Shown here piece after piece: positions 52,237 through 64,000 of a stretch of 64,000 nt of DNA (position 1 is its first letter; each line of letters begins with the position of its first letter). The stretch covers positions 29,022,401 through 29,086,400 of the forward strand of contig CM120641.1 in NCBI GenBank assembly GCA_051362555.1, written 5' to 3'. The notes beneath the pieces are model-generated. The model did no database searches and was not told the DNA's origin. It was given only the letters and a program-made list of their open reading frames with translations. Position numbers and translations under genes: made by a program. The stretch is from Lingula anatina. Its lineage: Eukaryota > Animalia > Brachiopoda.

Positions 52237-54720
52237 GTAGGTGATAGTGTTTTGCCACTGTGATGCTGGGTGCTTTTCTTAGTTGTTTTTGTGATGTTTA
52301 CTGTTATCATTATCTGATTTTATTGCACATAGTGGGTGTTCTAACTGGTAATTTATAGCTTGGCAAATGCTTTTTACATTGCATAATACATGTAGCATTA
52401 CTCCTGATGTGATCGTAGGTGGTAATTGTTTTGTTTGCATGATTGCTTTCATTGTTAAATTAGCATGTACAGCTAATACGATTTCACTTCAACCTCGTGT
52501 TTTATTTTGCAAAATTTGTAAAGTAGCTTCAACACAAAAAACAGTTTTTTTTTTTAGGTCCAAGTGATTGCTGTTAGACCTTGTGTCACTATGTACATCT
52601 CTCTTCTTATCATTTTGTTCTAAAAATGTCGTAATTAGCATACAAGATTATTGCAAAACAAGCATTCATTTTGAAAGTAAAACATAAGATTCCTGTTTAG
52701 ATAAAAAAGAACACAAATGTGGGACTTAAAGTATTTACCTATAATTTTGAAGATTGCATGTTGTTTCTCTGCTTGTGGTGATTTTTTTGAGGGGATATCT
52801 AAATTATTCATTCAGTTTTTTTATCTCTCTGTAATTACCTGTAGCATTTGAAGGTCGTCATTTGGCATGCTGGTAGAATTGAATGACATAAGTTCAGGAT
52901 GAGTTGAGATATGGAAGAGTTATATGGAAGGTTACTGCATATATTTGTATTTTATTTACTGAAATTTAAAGAGAGAATAGGGAATGTTAATGAATATTAA
53001 TAAATTAATCTTGACAAAAAATATGAAAAAAAGTGCGTTGAAAGTGTCGACTTTGCATATCTTTTTATAATTTGACCTATTATTATATTGAAAATATTCT
53101 GTTGACTTTTACCTGCTAGCTCAAAAAAGACCAGGTGTATCTGCTGAATTTAAAAGAGTTACTTATTGTGATTAACGTTACTTAAAAGGATGGAAGATTT
53201 AAAACAAAAATGTATTGTATTAATTACTATAAATTGATTTAAAAATTAAAGTCTTTAAAAGTTTCTCTAAAGTGTCCAAATCATTTGCAGTTCTTATATC
53301 AATAGTTAAGTGAGTATTCCATTACTTTGGTGCATTTATTGTGAATGCCTGTTCACTGTATCATTACTTTGTTTTCTCCTTTAAAGCAATGTTGAAAAAA
53401 TATATGATTAAAAGTGAAATTCCTAATAATGCATCACTGCTGGTGGGGTTCAAGAAGTTCTGAAATGTTGTGACTTTTTCTCTATACCAGCTTAATAAAT
53501 TATGCATAAAACTTAAGATAATGTTCTCTATCTAATAGGCAGCCAGTAAATTGCTTTAATGCTTTTAATAAATTATGATTAAGGTAATATCTTGATCTTT
53601 TCAATGGGGGAAAATTGTGAATTTTACAGATACTGTATTTTTTTAATTCATAATTTCTTAAAATCAGAACATTCCTATTGACTTGTAGCAACAAAAAGTA
53701 GGCTACTCAGTCGTTGTATTCTTTGCCTTAAAAGCACCACAATAAAATGCTACAAAGAAATATAAGTTTTGTGATTATAAACTTATGTATCTGAAAGTTT
53801 GATAATTTTTGCGCATTGAAAAGATCAAGCCATTACCAGAGGTTTCAAAGGTACTTTACACAAGAAAGCACATGAAAACACAAAACTACCAGGGAAGAAA
53901 ACTACCATGTTTCAACTCTTCACTCTTGGTAAATGTAATCCAATATTTTTAGCAATTATGCAAAAAATGAGGAATGTGTAGGTTAATGATTGCTTTTTGT
54001 TAGAAGAATGACTGCATTTTATTAAAAAATAAAAATGGCATTCAAGTATTTATTTATACGTCATGAAGCATTTTATTGCAAATTTTATAAGGGAAAGAGA
54101 AGAGAATGCAGAAGCACTTTATTGTGTTTTTTTTTTCTTACCTAATGCACTACTTTTAACCAGTGTAGCAGATGTTTGATGTTGAAAGTAAATGAATTGA
54201 TGCATATTTAACTACCACAATGCTGCTGGTCCGGTGCTCGCTTTCTGCAGGCTCTTTGTTTGCATGTTTCACAGACCATGTTCAGATTATTAGGCTTAAC
54301 ATTTTCTATGCTGGTCCTTTTTACATTGCTTTGCATTTGGTTTGCAATCCAGTTATGGAAATAATGTATAAACATGATTTCATGTTTGCTCTCATACAGT
54401 AGTATGTGTTTCTCAAATAATACATGATGCATTTATCAATAAGCAGTTTTTCATTAATTGCACTTGTTTGATATTCATGTTATACTCTTGTATCAACTTA
54501 ATTGCAGAATAACACTTAGATCTGGAGTAGTGTTTGGTTAAACCCTATTTTAATTGCATGAAAATTTCTTACATCTCCGTGTGTCATATAAAGATTATAT
54601 GCCTGTGTCCTCTCAAGTTTACTGTTTATTATTCATTCTTGTACATATTTTTGGGCTACGTTATATTGAAAATTTTTAGATAAACATTGATTTTTAATGG
54701 ATTGTTTATTTTCTTTTAAG

Positions 54721-54729
54721 GCAGTTAAG
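54721..54729 (+). CDS. TMEM72-like, candidate 9-nt microexon (adds QLR)
   Basis: tttattttcttttaag|GCAGTTAAG|gtggct, phase 2 to 2 and open, but the donor is weak. Confidence 0.3.
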
Positions 54730-55048
54730 GTGGCTGACTATTGCCTTTTTCATGGGGGAGAGGACTCTAAATGAAAAAAGTCAAGCACTGTTTTGTGACA
54801 ATAATTTTCCTGCAGCTGTAGCACTAGCACTACCCTTCATCAGAAAAATACTGAATCTTTCAGTTCTGAATTACGTGGGTTTTAAAATATTCAGGTCTAT
54901 GATGCTAAGAAATTGCAGGCATCGATTGTAATAGCTTCAAGCTAACTAAGTGAAAATTTTCATCAGGGAACTTTGCATGAACTAATATATACACACAATA
55001 ATTAACTGATGAGCCTCTTCATTTCGGTGTCCATTATTGCTTTTTCAG

Positions 55049-55172
55049 ATTTGAGGAGCTGGATGATGACATATTTGATGAACAGTTTGATGACAATGAC
55101 CCCACTGGGAGCATGCTGCCCATAGACCAAGACGATACAGTGGCAGAACAGGAAGAAATCTTGGATGTTTGA
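55049..55172 (+). CDS. TMEM72: TMEM72-like, last coding exon (FEELDDDIFDEQFDDNDPTGSMLPIDQDDTVAEQEEILDV*)
   Basis: tgctttttcag| in phase 2, 40 acidic codons, then TGA at 55170-55172. Protein is 195 aa without and 200 aa with the 15-nt microexon. Confidence 0.85.
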
Positions 55173-56441
55173 TAGACCAACAAGAGGCAATAATGATACA
55201 AATGACAGTTGTACTGTGTGCTGTTTGGGGGGGGGCACTTGTGGAAATGAAAGAGGTTTTGGTTTGGTGTTTTGATTTGGCTTCTGTGGGGGGAAACAGC
55301 TATGATAAGGCAAAAAGAAGAGGAATTATGAGTTTTTCGAAAAAAAAAAAGATCTCACGGTAGACAATACAGCACAATGGAACATTGTTAAAACAAACTT
55401 GTGAGGACTAACAAGAAATTGAACAGTGTTTTTAAAGGTCAAAACAATGTCAGGGGCAAGAATAACTTGATGTTTTGCATGCAGTATCTCCCTTGCTTCA
55501 AGCAGGAAAGTCTGTCATCATTTTTAAAGTCCTTAAAATCCTATGAGTCATTTACTTCAGCTGAAGAAATTGGAACATCTCACAATCTGTTGATTTCTTT
55601 GAACTTCATTGGTCTTTAGGAAAAAAAGTGCCATCAAAGGGGAAAAACTTGATGATGGATATACAGTATAGCTGACATTATCATTTTTTGAAAAAATCTT
55701 GGGTGAGACCTGATCTAGGATTTGACACCAAAGGCAACTGAGTGAGTCAACTCGAAGGTCAAAGTTGCCACGACACAGTGTCATTTAAATATGCTCAATC
55801 CTCTTATTATGAAGTGATAGCGATAACGTTTTGTTAAATTTCTGACAGTTTTTTTTTTTTTTTTTTGCAAGTAAATGTCAATATCTTTTGACAGAAGTAG
55901 GTACACATTAGGGTATTGATGTGGCAAATTGTTAAGCATGGCACATTATTGTGATGGTGACCTTCACCTCTTGTTTCAGCAGAGGTCAAAGTCATCTTTT
56001 ATAACCGTTCTTATTTTTGTTATAATATTTTACAACTTTTGAGAAAGGAAAATATTGGTACATTAAGTTTCCATAGAGGAATTAATAGTTAAGGATACTG
56101 TTTTGACTCATCTATTGTTAATATGGAGAATCTTTTAAGATGGTGCCATCTGTTGAGTAAGAAATACTGTCCCATATAGATGTGTTATGTTTTTTTATAT
56201 TATCATATGTTACAATATTTATAGTTAAGTTATAGGGGACAAAATCTCATTGAAAAAGTAAAAAACACAACTTGTGCTTCAAATATATGAAAGTTTATAC
56301 TCTAGTAGGGCAGTGTTGGCTGTTAGCTATTCTGCATTTATTTTTGCACTAACCATCACATTCATGTAGTCTGTTTACAGTGTCACCATGAGCTTCAAAC
56401 CCTGTACATTTGGTCTGTAAAAACAGCACTGACAACTATCA

Positions 56442-56648
56442 ACCCTTTTCCATAGATTAGATCGACCTACTTTAGATCGACCTAACTCCCTGGGGGTTTT
56501 ACGCTATCAGCCGGGCGGACACGAAAGTTAATTACCCCCTTACAGCTTGTAGTAGGCGGGACGGACATTTAAGTCCGATTATCTGAAAGTAATCTAGTGA
56601 GACTCCCCGCGGGGATAGATCGATCTAAAATCTATGGGAATAGAGCCT
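56442..56648. mobile_element. MITE family B-related subfamily copy
   Basis: Ends cccttttccatagattagatcg ... gatcgatctaaaatctatgggaatag resemble the TIRs of 28146-28413. Nearly identical to 63853-64000. Confidence 0.8.
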
Positions 56649-58387
56649 ATTTCATCTGTAACCTGTACAACTTCAGGCTTGGCCACAGTCATTCGGATAT
56701 GAGATATCATAAGGACCATATACTATATTTTTTTGAGTTTAAGGCATATCACAGCTGAAAAATGTACATAAATAATTTTTTTTCTGTTATTTATTTATTT
56801 ATTTATTGGTTGGACTAATTGTATGTGCAATTTGGTTTCTACATAGCTGCTTGTAAATTTTTGTGGAGAGAGAGAAAGAGAGAGAGAGAGAGAGGAGTAA
56901 ATGAAGCATCAGTTTCTGGTAAGTAGATGAGACCAGTGTTGCCTTACTCATGGATTTCTCTTTTATTTCCCAGCCACCCCTCCAATTTAAGTTTTTTATC
57001 ATAATTGTGTCTATTTCCTGTTACTCCAGAAAGTGGAAGGCAATGTTTCTATTTCACTTTAATCCTACAAGGATTACTCATTGTCCTCAAATACCGGTCA
57101 GGATTTCAAATGGGAATGATCTGATTAACTATTTGTATTTATTTATTTATTTATTTGTTTTTATCATTTTGGCCATGTTGACCGCAAATGTCAAGCATTA
57201 TGATGTGCCCTCCTTAGCTGCTACAAGTTTCCTCTATGTTGTGACTGGCTGTGAAAAACATCTTTTGTGTTTTTTTATTGTCTTCTGTAGCCATCAGAAA
57301 TGCCATTTACAATCCACACATTCTGCAGCCATTCATTATTTGTAATTCAACAGGCAAAACAAAAAGTTAAATTAGTTTTGTAGCATTGACATGATCATTA
57401 AGATCATCTTTAGTTCCCCTTCTGCTTTTGTTAATTTATTAATTTTTCACCCATTTAGCATGCAAAAGTAAAATTTCGATGTAACTAGTTTGATTGATGT
57501 GGAACCATGAGTGACAGTTGTGGAGGCTACTGTCCATTGAATGAGGCCTTAAATGACTCCATTGATGGGTGGAAATGGTCACAATTTGATTCGGCACACC
57601 AGACAGACATGCCTATTAAAGATATTTTTATTGGTCACTTGTGCATTTTATAGTAGCATGTCAGTGTTTTGTCAACTGTCACAGCCTGGAATTAGCTAAG
57701 ACAACTGGTATGTTCACGAGAAAGTTATTATTTTTTGTTCAGTTCAGAACAATGAAATTGCTATGGCCCTCTTGAGAGCAAGAAATGAGAAATTAATAGG
57801 CCATGTGCTCCCATCTTTAAAGCACAAAAAGTAAAGTGTAATATGGACAGAGTTCATTTACAAAATTCTTTTGAATCTACTTCTGTGCTGAGTTTTGGGG
57901 TGAATTTTTGAGATTTTTGTTTATTCCATTTGATAATCATGAAGCATGGGGAATCCCTCTCCCTTCTTTCACACACACACATACAAATGCAGAGACACAT
58001 GCATGCACGCACATGCGTGCGCACATGGTAATTTTTGATTTAAGACCGTTTCACAAAAGTCTATGATTTTCTAACACCAGGAGCATGGTAATCCCTGGGG
58101 AAAACTTGTCAATAGTGGCTGCAGTGATTCAGTGCAGCAATGGGGAGTGAGTGGCATGACTTGGGCAGTTTGGTGAATAATTGAAAGCACATGTGCTTAC
58201 ATGTGTTTCTTCCATATTCACTTATAGAGATGTGATTGTGATAATTTTCCTATTGCAGTATCTTCTAAAAACGACTGTTACTTTGGTATTAACAAATTTC
58301 AAACACGCGTTATATTCCAAAATTTTAAAAAAGATTTATTATATATATTTATTATTAATATAGAAAACATTCTTTCTGAATTGTGGA

Positions 58388-58443
<56 letters not shown>
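58388..58443. repeat. (ATT)n microsatellite
   Basis: Directly visible. It explains the poly-L, poly-I and poly-N ORFs. Confidence 0.95.
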
Positions 58444-58444
<1 letters not shown>

Positions 58445-59433
58445 CAACACCCTAATTGGAAATAGCCCATCAAGTGGTTGGATGAGAAATTTGTTTTCTT
58501 TATTGATAAAAGAAGATGGCTCAGAAATGTTCTTTGTATTTGTGGATTTAATGAACAGACATAGTTGTCCTGCATATAACAACTGCTTCTATCATTCTGA
58601 TTAAAAAGAATGTTCAGGTTGGGTAGATTGTTAAAACCATCTTTTTAGAACGAAATGACACCCATATCCTTCCTATTTCTATTATGGTTCTGATAACAGT
58701 TAGATATATTCTCTTTGACAAATATATTTCTACAATTTTTATTTACTAATTCAGACAGCTATTCAGCATATTGAATGTGGTATAGCAAATAACATAATAT
58801 GTCTTTTTACCAGTAACTTTTAGTTAATTTAGCTGAATAGTTAAGTTTTTTTAGGTTTGATGCAACCCTTGAAAGTGCTCAAGTTCCCACCTTTCCACCC
58901 TCACAATTTGTAAAACTATCTCTGTTAGTTTTTTTTTTTTTTTTTTTTTTGTTAGAAGTATTAATGATGTACTTTTTTTGTTTCTCTGCTTGTTTTATTT
59001 TATTTGCCAAGGAGCTGTTATTTATTCACACTGTTATTTATTGCTAAAACTGGATTGTTCGAGCTTAGTTGAGTCTTTTTTATGCATTTGACAGTATTCA
59101 TTTGAGTTTGACTCTCAGCTTTATTTTTTATTTTTAAAAGAGTCTGTGTTATTTCATATTTTCCTTTTTTTTTGCACAGGAATGTCTCTGTGGAGTTTGT
59201 GTGTATTTAAATATAAGGTAAAAGGCAATACATTGCTATGTGGACTGGAAACAAAATGTGATCTTACTTTGTATTATGGTGTTCACAAGCTCTAAGCGCA
59301 TACTAATCTCAGACTTAATGTATTAAATATGTATGAACCCAGGTATGATAAATTCAAGGGGTTTAATTAAGTTCAGAGTCAACATCTCCTGTTTTTCTTT
59401 TTAGGTTTTAGGTAAAATTTTCACAGCAAGCAA

Positions 59434-61435
59434 TTTTTATGTACAGACACAGATGTGTCTGTACATATTGCCATCACCTGCGTCTGTCGTCGCCGTCGCC
59501 GTCGCCGATCATGTCGCCGTCGCCGTGCACTTTCAGCGTTAACACCATAAGTGGAAGACAGTTTTACTTTTTGGCTTTATATTTACAGAGCTGACTAATA
59601 TTCATAAAATGCAGGTCAAGTTCGAAAATCAGCATGATCGGGCCATTATTGTAGAATTTATCCTGTTTTTTCACTTTTTAGCATATATGCAACACTGTTA
59701 ACACATTTCAAGGAAAGCCGATAGGCCTGTTGTCATGAAACTCACAGGAGTTATCAATCTTACTAAAATGCAGATCAAGTTCGAAAATCGGCATGATCGG
59801 GCCACTATTTTAGTAGTTATGCTGTTTTTTCACTTTTCAGCATATGTGCAACACTGTTAACACATTTCAAGGAAAACCGATAGACCTGTTGTCATGAAAC
59901 TCACAGGAGTAATCAATCTTACTAAAACGCAGGTCAAGTTCGAAAATCAGCATAATCGGGCCATTATTTTATAAGTTATGCTGTTTTTTCACATTTCCTC
60001 AGATTCAATTCTTAGGCATGTTAACAGTCTCATTATTTAACTAATAAGATTAGTAAAAGTGTTTGTTTGACATTTCCTGCATCTTTACAACATTGTTAGT
60101 TGATTATGTAAAAATGATGGTAAACTTGTTATCATGTATTGTATAATAGAGTTTCAAAAATGGAAATAAACTCATATCATTGCAGTTTGTCAGATTCATT
60201 CATTCACTATGTTCAGAAACTCAGAATGGAGGAAATTGGACATTAAACACTGTTCTATTGATATTTTTCCCATCTCATCAATTTTCTTAGTTGATCATAT
60301 ATAAATGGCAGTAAATTGTTAATTTTGTTATATGTTAAAAAATTGTTAAAAATGGAAAAAAAAAAAACATTTCAGGACAGTGCTGTCTTGTCTACATTTT
60401 AGCATTTTCAAGGTGTGACTTTGAAGTTCCTTGGACCTGAAGACCTTTGCTAGGAACATTTTCTGAATATCCATGATACTAATATTTTATTATTAAAAAT
60501 TGATGGTAATTATCCTGTTAAACATTATGTAATATTGCATCAAAATTTGAAGACACCCCTATTTTGGACACTGCTCCCATGATGACCATTTAAGGAAAAC
60601 CATGTCACTTACTGTTCTCAAACTTACAGGAAGAAACATGGGACTTAAATAAAGCTTCAGTGGGCAATGCAGTCTATTTGGTAAATTTTTTTGGCAGTTA
60701 ATCAGTTTTTTGTGAAAATTTAATTTTTCACATATTGGCATTTTCAAGGTGTGACTTAAGAATCTCCACCGGCTTGAAGACCCATGCTAGTCACATTTCT
60801 GAAAATCCATGATTCGGATCTTTTATTATTAAAAACTGATGGTCATTATGCTGTTAAGCATTATGTAATATTGCATTAAAATAGAAGAAAACACAATTTT
60901 GGGTGCTGCTCCCATGGACATGAAGCCAAATGGTAATCAAATTTTCTACATGTCCATGCTATTTATAGTCAATAATCAAAAATTGGTGATAAGTATTCTG
61001 TAATTTATTATGTAATGTTACATCAAAATTGACAAAAATCTTTTTGCACTGCTACTACAAACATTATGAAAAGAAAACTGTGTTACTTATTATTATTTTC
61101 AACTTACAAGTATGATTTGTAGGATTGGCATGCAGTTCAAATAAGGAAGCCAGCTCAAATGGGTTATCATTTATTATTGAATTTAAGCAGTTTTATGTGA
61201 AATTTTCATTTTTCTCATTCTGGCATTTTCAAAGTGTGAACTTAAACTCCCATGGGCCTGAAGCCTTACGCTTGTTACACATTTCACTTACATTGGTATT
61301 ACCTGTTGAGCATAATTAAAATTTGATGTTGAATTTGCAGTTAAGCATAATGTACTTTTGCATCAGAATTGACAGTAGCCTGTTTTGTTATTTCTTGCTT
61401 TTTGTCTGTACATTTGACAGCTTTGCTGCCTTGTT
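59434..61435 (+). mobile_element. HINE family A, copy 4, both ends intact
   Basis: Nearly identical to copy 3, with the same head palindrome and 3' subTIR/hairpin. Lacks the Kolobok insert and about 187 bp of the second array. Confidence 0.92.
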
Positions 61436-61821
61436 TCTTGTTGCTTTTTTTTTTCAGAAACATTAAGGATTCAATGAAATTAAAAATTTTCTGCAGTACT
61501 ACAGTACATGTACAGAGATTTGTTTGATGCATATTGCAAATTTTTTTTAAATGTGCCTTAAGTATTGTGAGTGATTTTGGATTATGGCTTGTGGATTCTG
61601 CTGTATTTTGTTGGTGTCACTGAAGGGTCCAGTTGTAAGAAGTGTTATCTTTTCCTGGGACCTGATAAACTAAGAAAGACACAGTTATTTTAATGAATAA
61701 ACTGTGACATTTTCCAAAAATAATACCTGGTTGTTGTCTGTAAATTTTATTCCGCTTGTATTGTAACATGTAGATGAAATTTTTAAAGCAACGGGTACTA
61801 TTCTGAGAGGTGTGACATATT

Positions 61822-61846
61822 GGGGGGGGGGCGGGGGGGGGGGGGG
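61822..61846 (+). repeat. Poly-G tract (G-quadruplex-capable)
   Basis: Two long G runs separated by one C. Confidence 0.9.
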
Positions 61847-63852
61847 TTGTAAATGTTCATGGTAAATTTGGAGGTCTGGAAACATTCATTTTGAAGCTTG
61901 CCATTTTCTGTTGCCTCTGCATAGTTCTATCTTGTAAAGCATTGTGTCATGGCATGAGACCACTGCCAGAGCCTAGATTTCATTTGCCATGGATGACCGT
62001 GTTGCCAATATATCTCTTTCCGTGGGGCGTTTGAGTGGAGGCAGACAGTGTGTGGGCATGAGAAATGGTATGAAATTGCACAGGTTTACAGCCTCTGCAC
62101 CCGCATGTAATGTAAACATACTCGCCACAGCCTGTAGCCACTCACAATGTTTTAAAAATCGCACAAAAAATTGCATACAATATCATTGCATAGCTTCCTT
62201 GGAAAATGTAATCTTCAAGTTGGCTTAGTTATCCACCAAGCTTTCACCTGACCTTGAGGCGTATTACACCAAAAAAGAAATGCTCACAAAAAAGAAATGT
62301 ACACCCAAAAGGATTTAAAATCAAGACTTAATGTTAAAAGAATTGGAAATGAAATATTTAAAAAAATTAACTTGTACAGACATAATATCGGGATGTAGAG
62401 TTCACTGAGTGAGCTCAAATTGCAGGACAAACCAAACCTTGCTTGTTTGATGTTCATCTTGGTTACATTGTGAAAGGCCAAGATGGTCAAGTGTAATGGA
62501 CCATTAATGCTCATTTTGTGGGGAGGAAACAAGTCCCTTAAAATGGCAAAATGGACTTAATGCCTCTTAACTACACGGTTATAATGTTCAAACAACTCTC
62601 ATTTTGTACAGATCTTCAATGATCAATATTTTGGATTTAACATAAAAGTTTTCATAGAATGTTATGATTTATTAACCGTATTAATGCCAGATTGAGGTTG
62701 CATAGATAAATTGGAACGATGTTTCTTTACATTATGGTTACATTACGTATATACAGAGCCTGCAACCCTGAAAAGCTTTTTTTTCTCATCATTTTAAATT
62801 ACACTGGCACCCTACAGTTATCATAGTATATTGCATGTGTAGTTTTGGATTTGAATTGTAGATTTGTGTAAATCATCCGTGGCTGTGCATGGGACACTGA
62901 TAAATCTGAAAAAATTTTCTGTCTTAGGCAAAATTGAAAAACTGACATTTTACTTTGTACACCATACTATACTGACTTGAGGCTAGTGAGTATGTGTGGC
63001 CTTATATTGTAAGTTTATTTCTTTCTATTTGTTATTATATTAAGATATTTGTTGTACATTAATTTTCCATGAAATAATTTCACTTGATAGTTCATTTTTT
63101 TAAAATGTGCAATAGTTGTAAATGCTTGTTTGTGTACTATTCATTTTTTTTACAGTGCCACTTTATTTATAGAATTTATGCACTCTGGTTTGGCCATACC
63201 TTTCTCTTTTCTTCCCTGTGTTATCTGCTTTTGGCAAATAAATACAAACGTCATGCAAACTGAACAACACCTTCAAAGCCCTAATTCTACATAATTGTTG
63301 TAGTCTGAAATTGATAACAATAACAAGCCTAATCTTTTCCCAGTTCTTGATTTGAGACAAGGTAGGAGAGGGCAGAGATGTCAGATAAAAGATTATATTT
63401 AGATATTTCAGCAGTTATGGTAATTTCATCCAGACAGGTGTTTGGATTTGGCATAGACCACAATTATTCCTATTTGAAGTGTTATGTTTTTGCTTGAAGA
63501 AAAATCATCATGATATCTCTTCAAGTATGCATGTTATTATGGTTGCCAGTTTTAATGCGCTGTAACCTACATCATAGCCCATAGGGTTGTGATAGAACAG
63601 GTGTCATTTTGCTCCGATAACAAGAGTGAGGACTTTTTCTCGGTGTTCATGTTGTATAGGGCTCACAAGCGGGTTGTCTTTGAACAACATGAACACATTC
63701 TAATTTGATAGCTAAGTGATGCATATGTTGATATTGCACTTCATGTCACACAGTTTATCAGCCACTTAACCTCTTTCTATTTTTAAGTAAAAATTTTAAT
63801 CAAAATCACTTCAGTGGCACATCCATTGGTATGTCATGTTGCTTTTGTCATA

Positions 63853-64000
63853 CACCCCATTTCCATAGATTAGATCGACCTACTTTAGATCGACCTAACT
63901 CCCTGGGGGTTCACACTAAATAGCTGTCAGCCGGGCGGACACGAAAGTTAATTACCCCCTAAAAGCTTGTAGTAGGCGGGACGGACATTTAAGTCGGATT
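63853..64000. mobile_element. MITE family B-related copy, cut by the window end
   Basis: Matches 56442-56580 almost base for base. Confidence 0.8.

Noticed and set aside
52260-52320. C/D-box snoRNA-like TGATG...CTGA in the TMEM72 intron
   Set aside because: Box C is imperfect, and there is no terminal stem or recognisable rRNA guide.
52558-52563. Possible 6-nt microexon (tttttag|GTCCAA|gtgatt)
   Set aside because: Frame-compatible, but the donor is poor and such matches arise by chance after T-runs.
58339-58604. Poly-L, poly-I and poly-N ORFs
   Set aside because: Artefacts of the (ATT)n microsatellite.

Overview
AT-rich eukaryotic (metazoan, probably invertebrate/lophotrochozoan) genomic DNA with GT-AG introns. 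Most entries in the supplied ORF track are spurious. Three genes are supported. (1) A MARCH1/8-type RING-CH E3 ubiquitin ligase on + (coding exons 8132-8221, 25112-25381, 27696-28067; 243 aa), with a candidate alternative first exon. (2) An intronless 280-aa two-TM protein on - (40418-41260). (3) A TMEM72-like gene on + (49067-55172), whose cytoplasmic tail is split by a frame-preserving 15-nt microexon and possibly a second 9-nt one; inclusion would destroy a YDRF sorting motif and create RxR motifs. The rest is non-autonomous DNA transposons: five copies of a tandem-repeat-bearing Helentron-type (HINE) element, a Kolobok-like TTAA element nested in one copy, a fold-back MITE family (one copy 78 nt after the E3 ligase stop), a TIR element with 16-bp subterminal arrays, and Tc1/mariner relics. 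Alternating CpG-poor and CpG-rich domains suggest mosaic gene-body methylation. All gene models were spliced by eye; no database searches were run. I found no rRNA, tRNA or CRISPR features.
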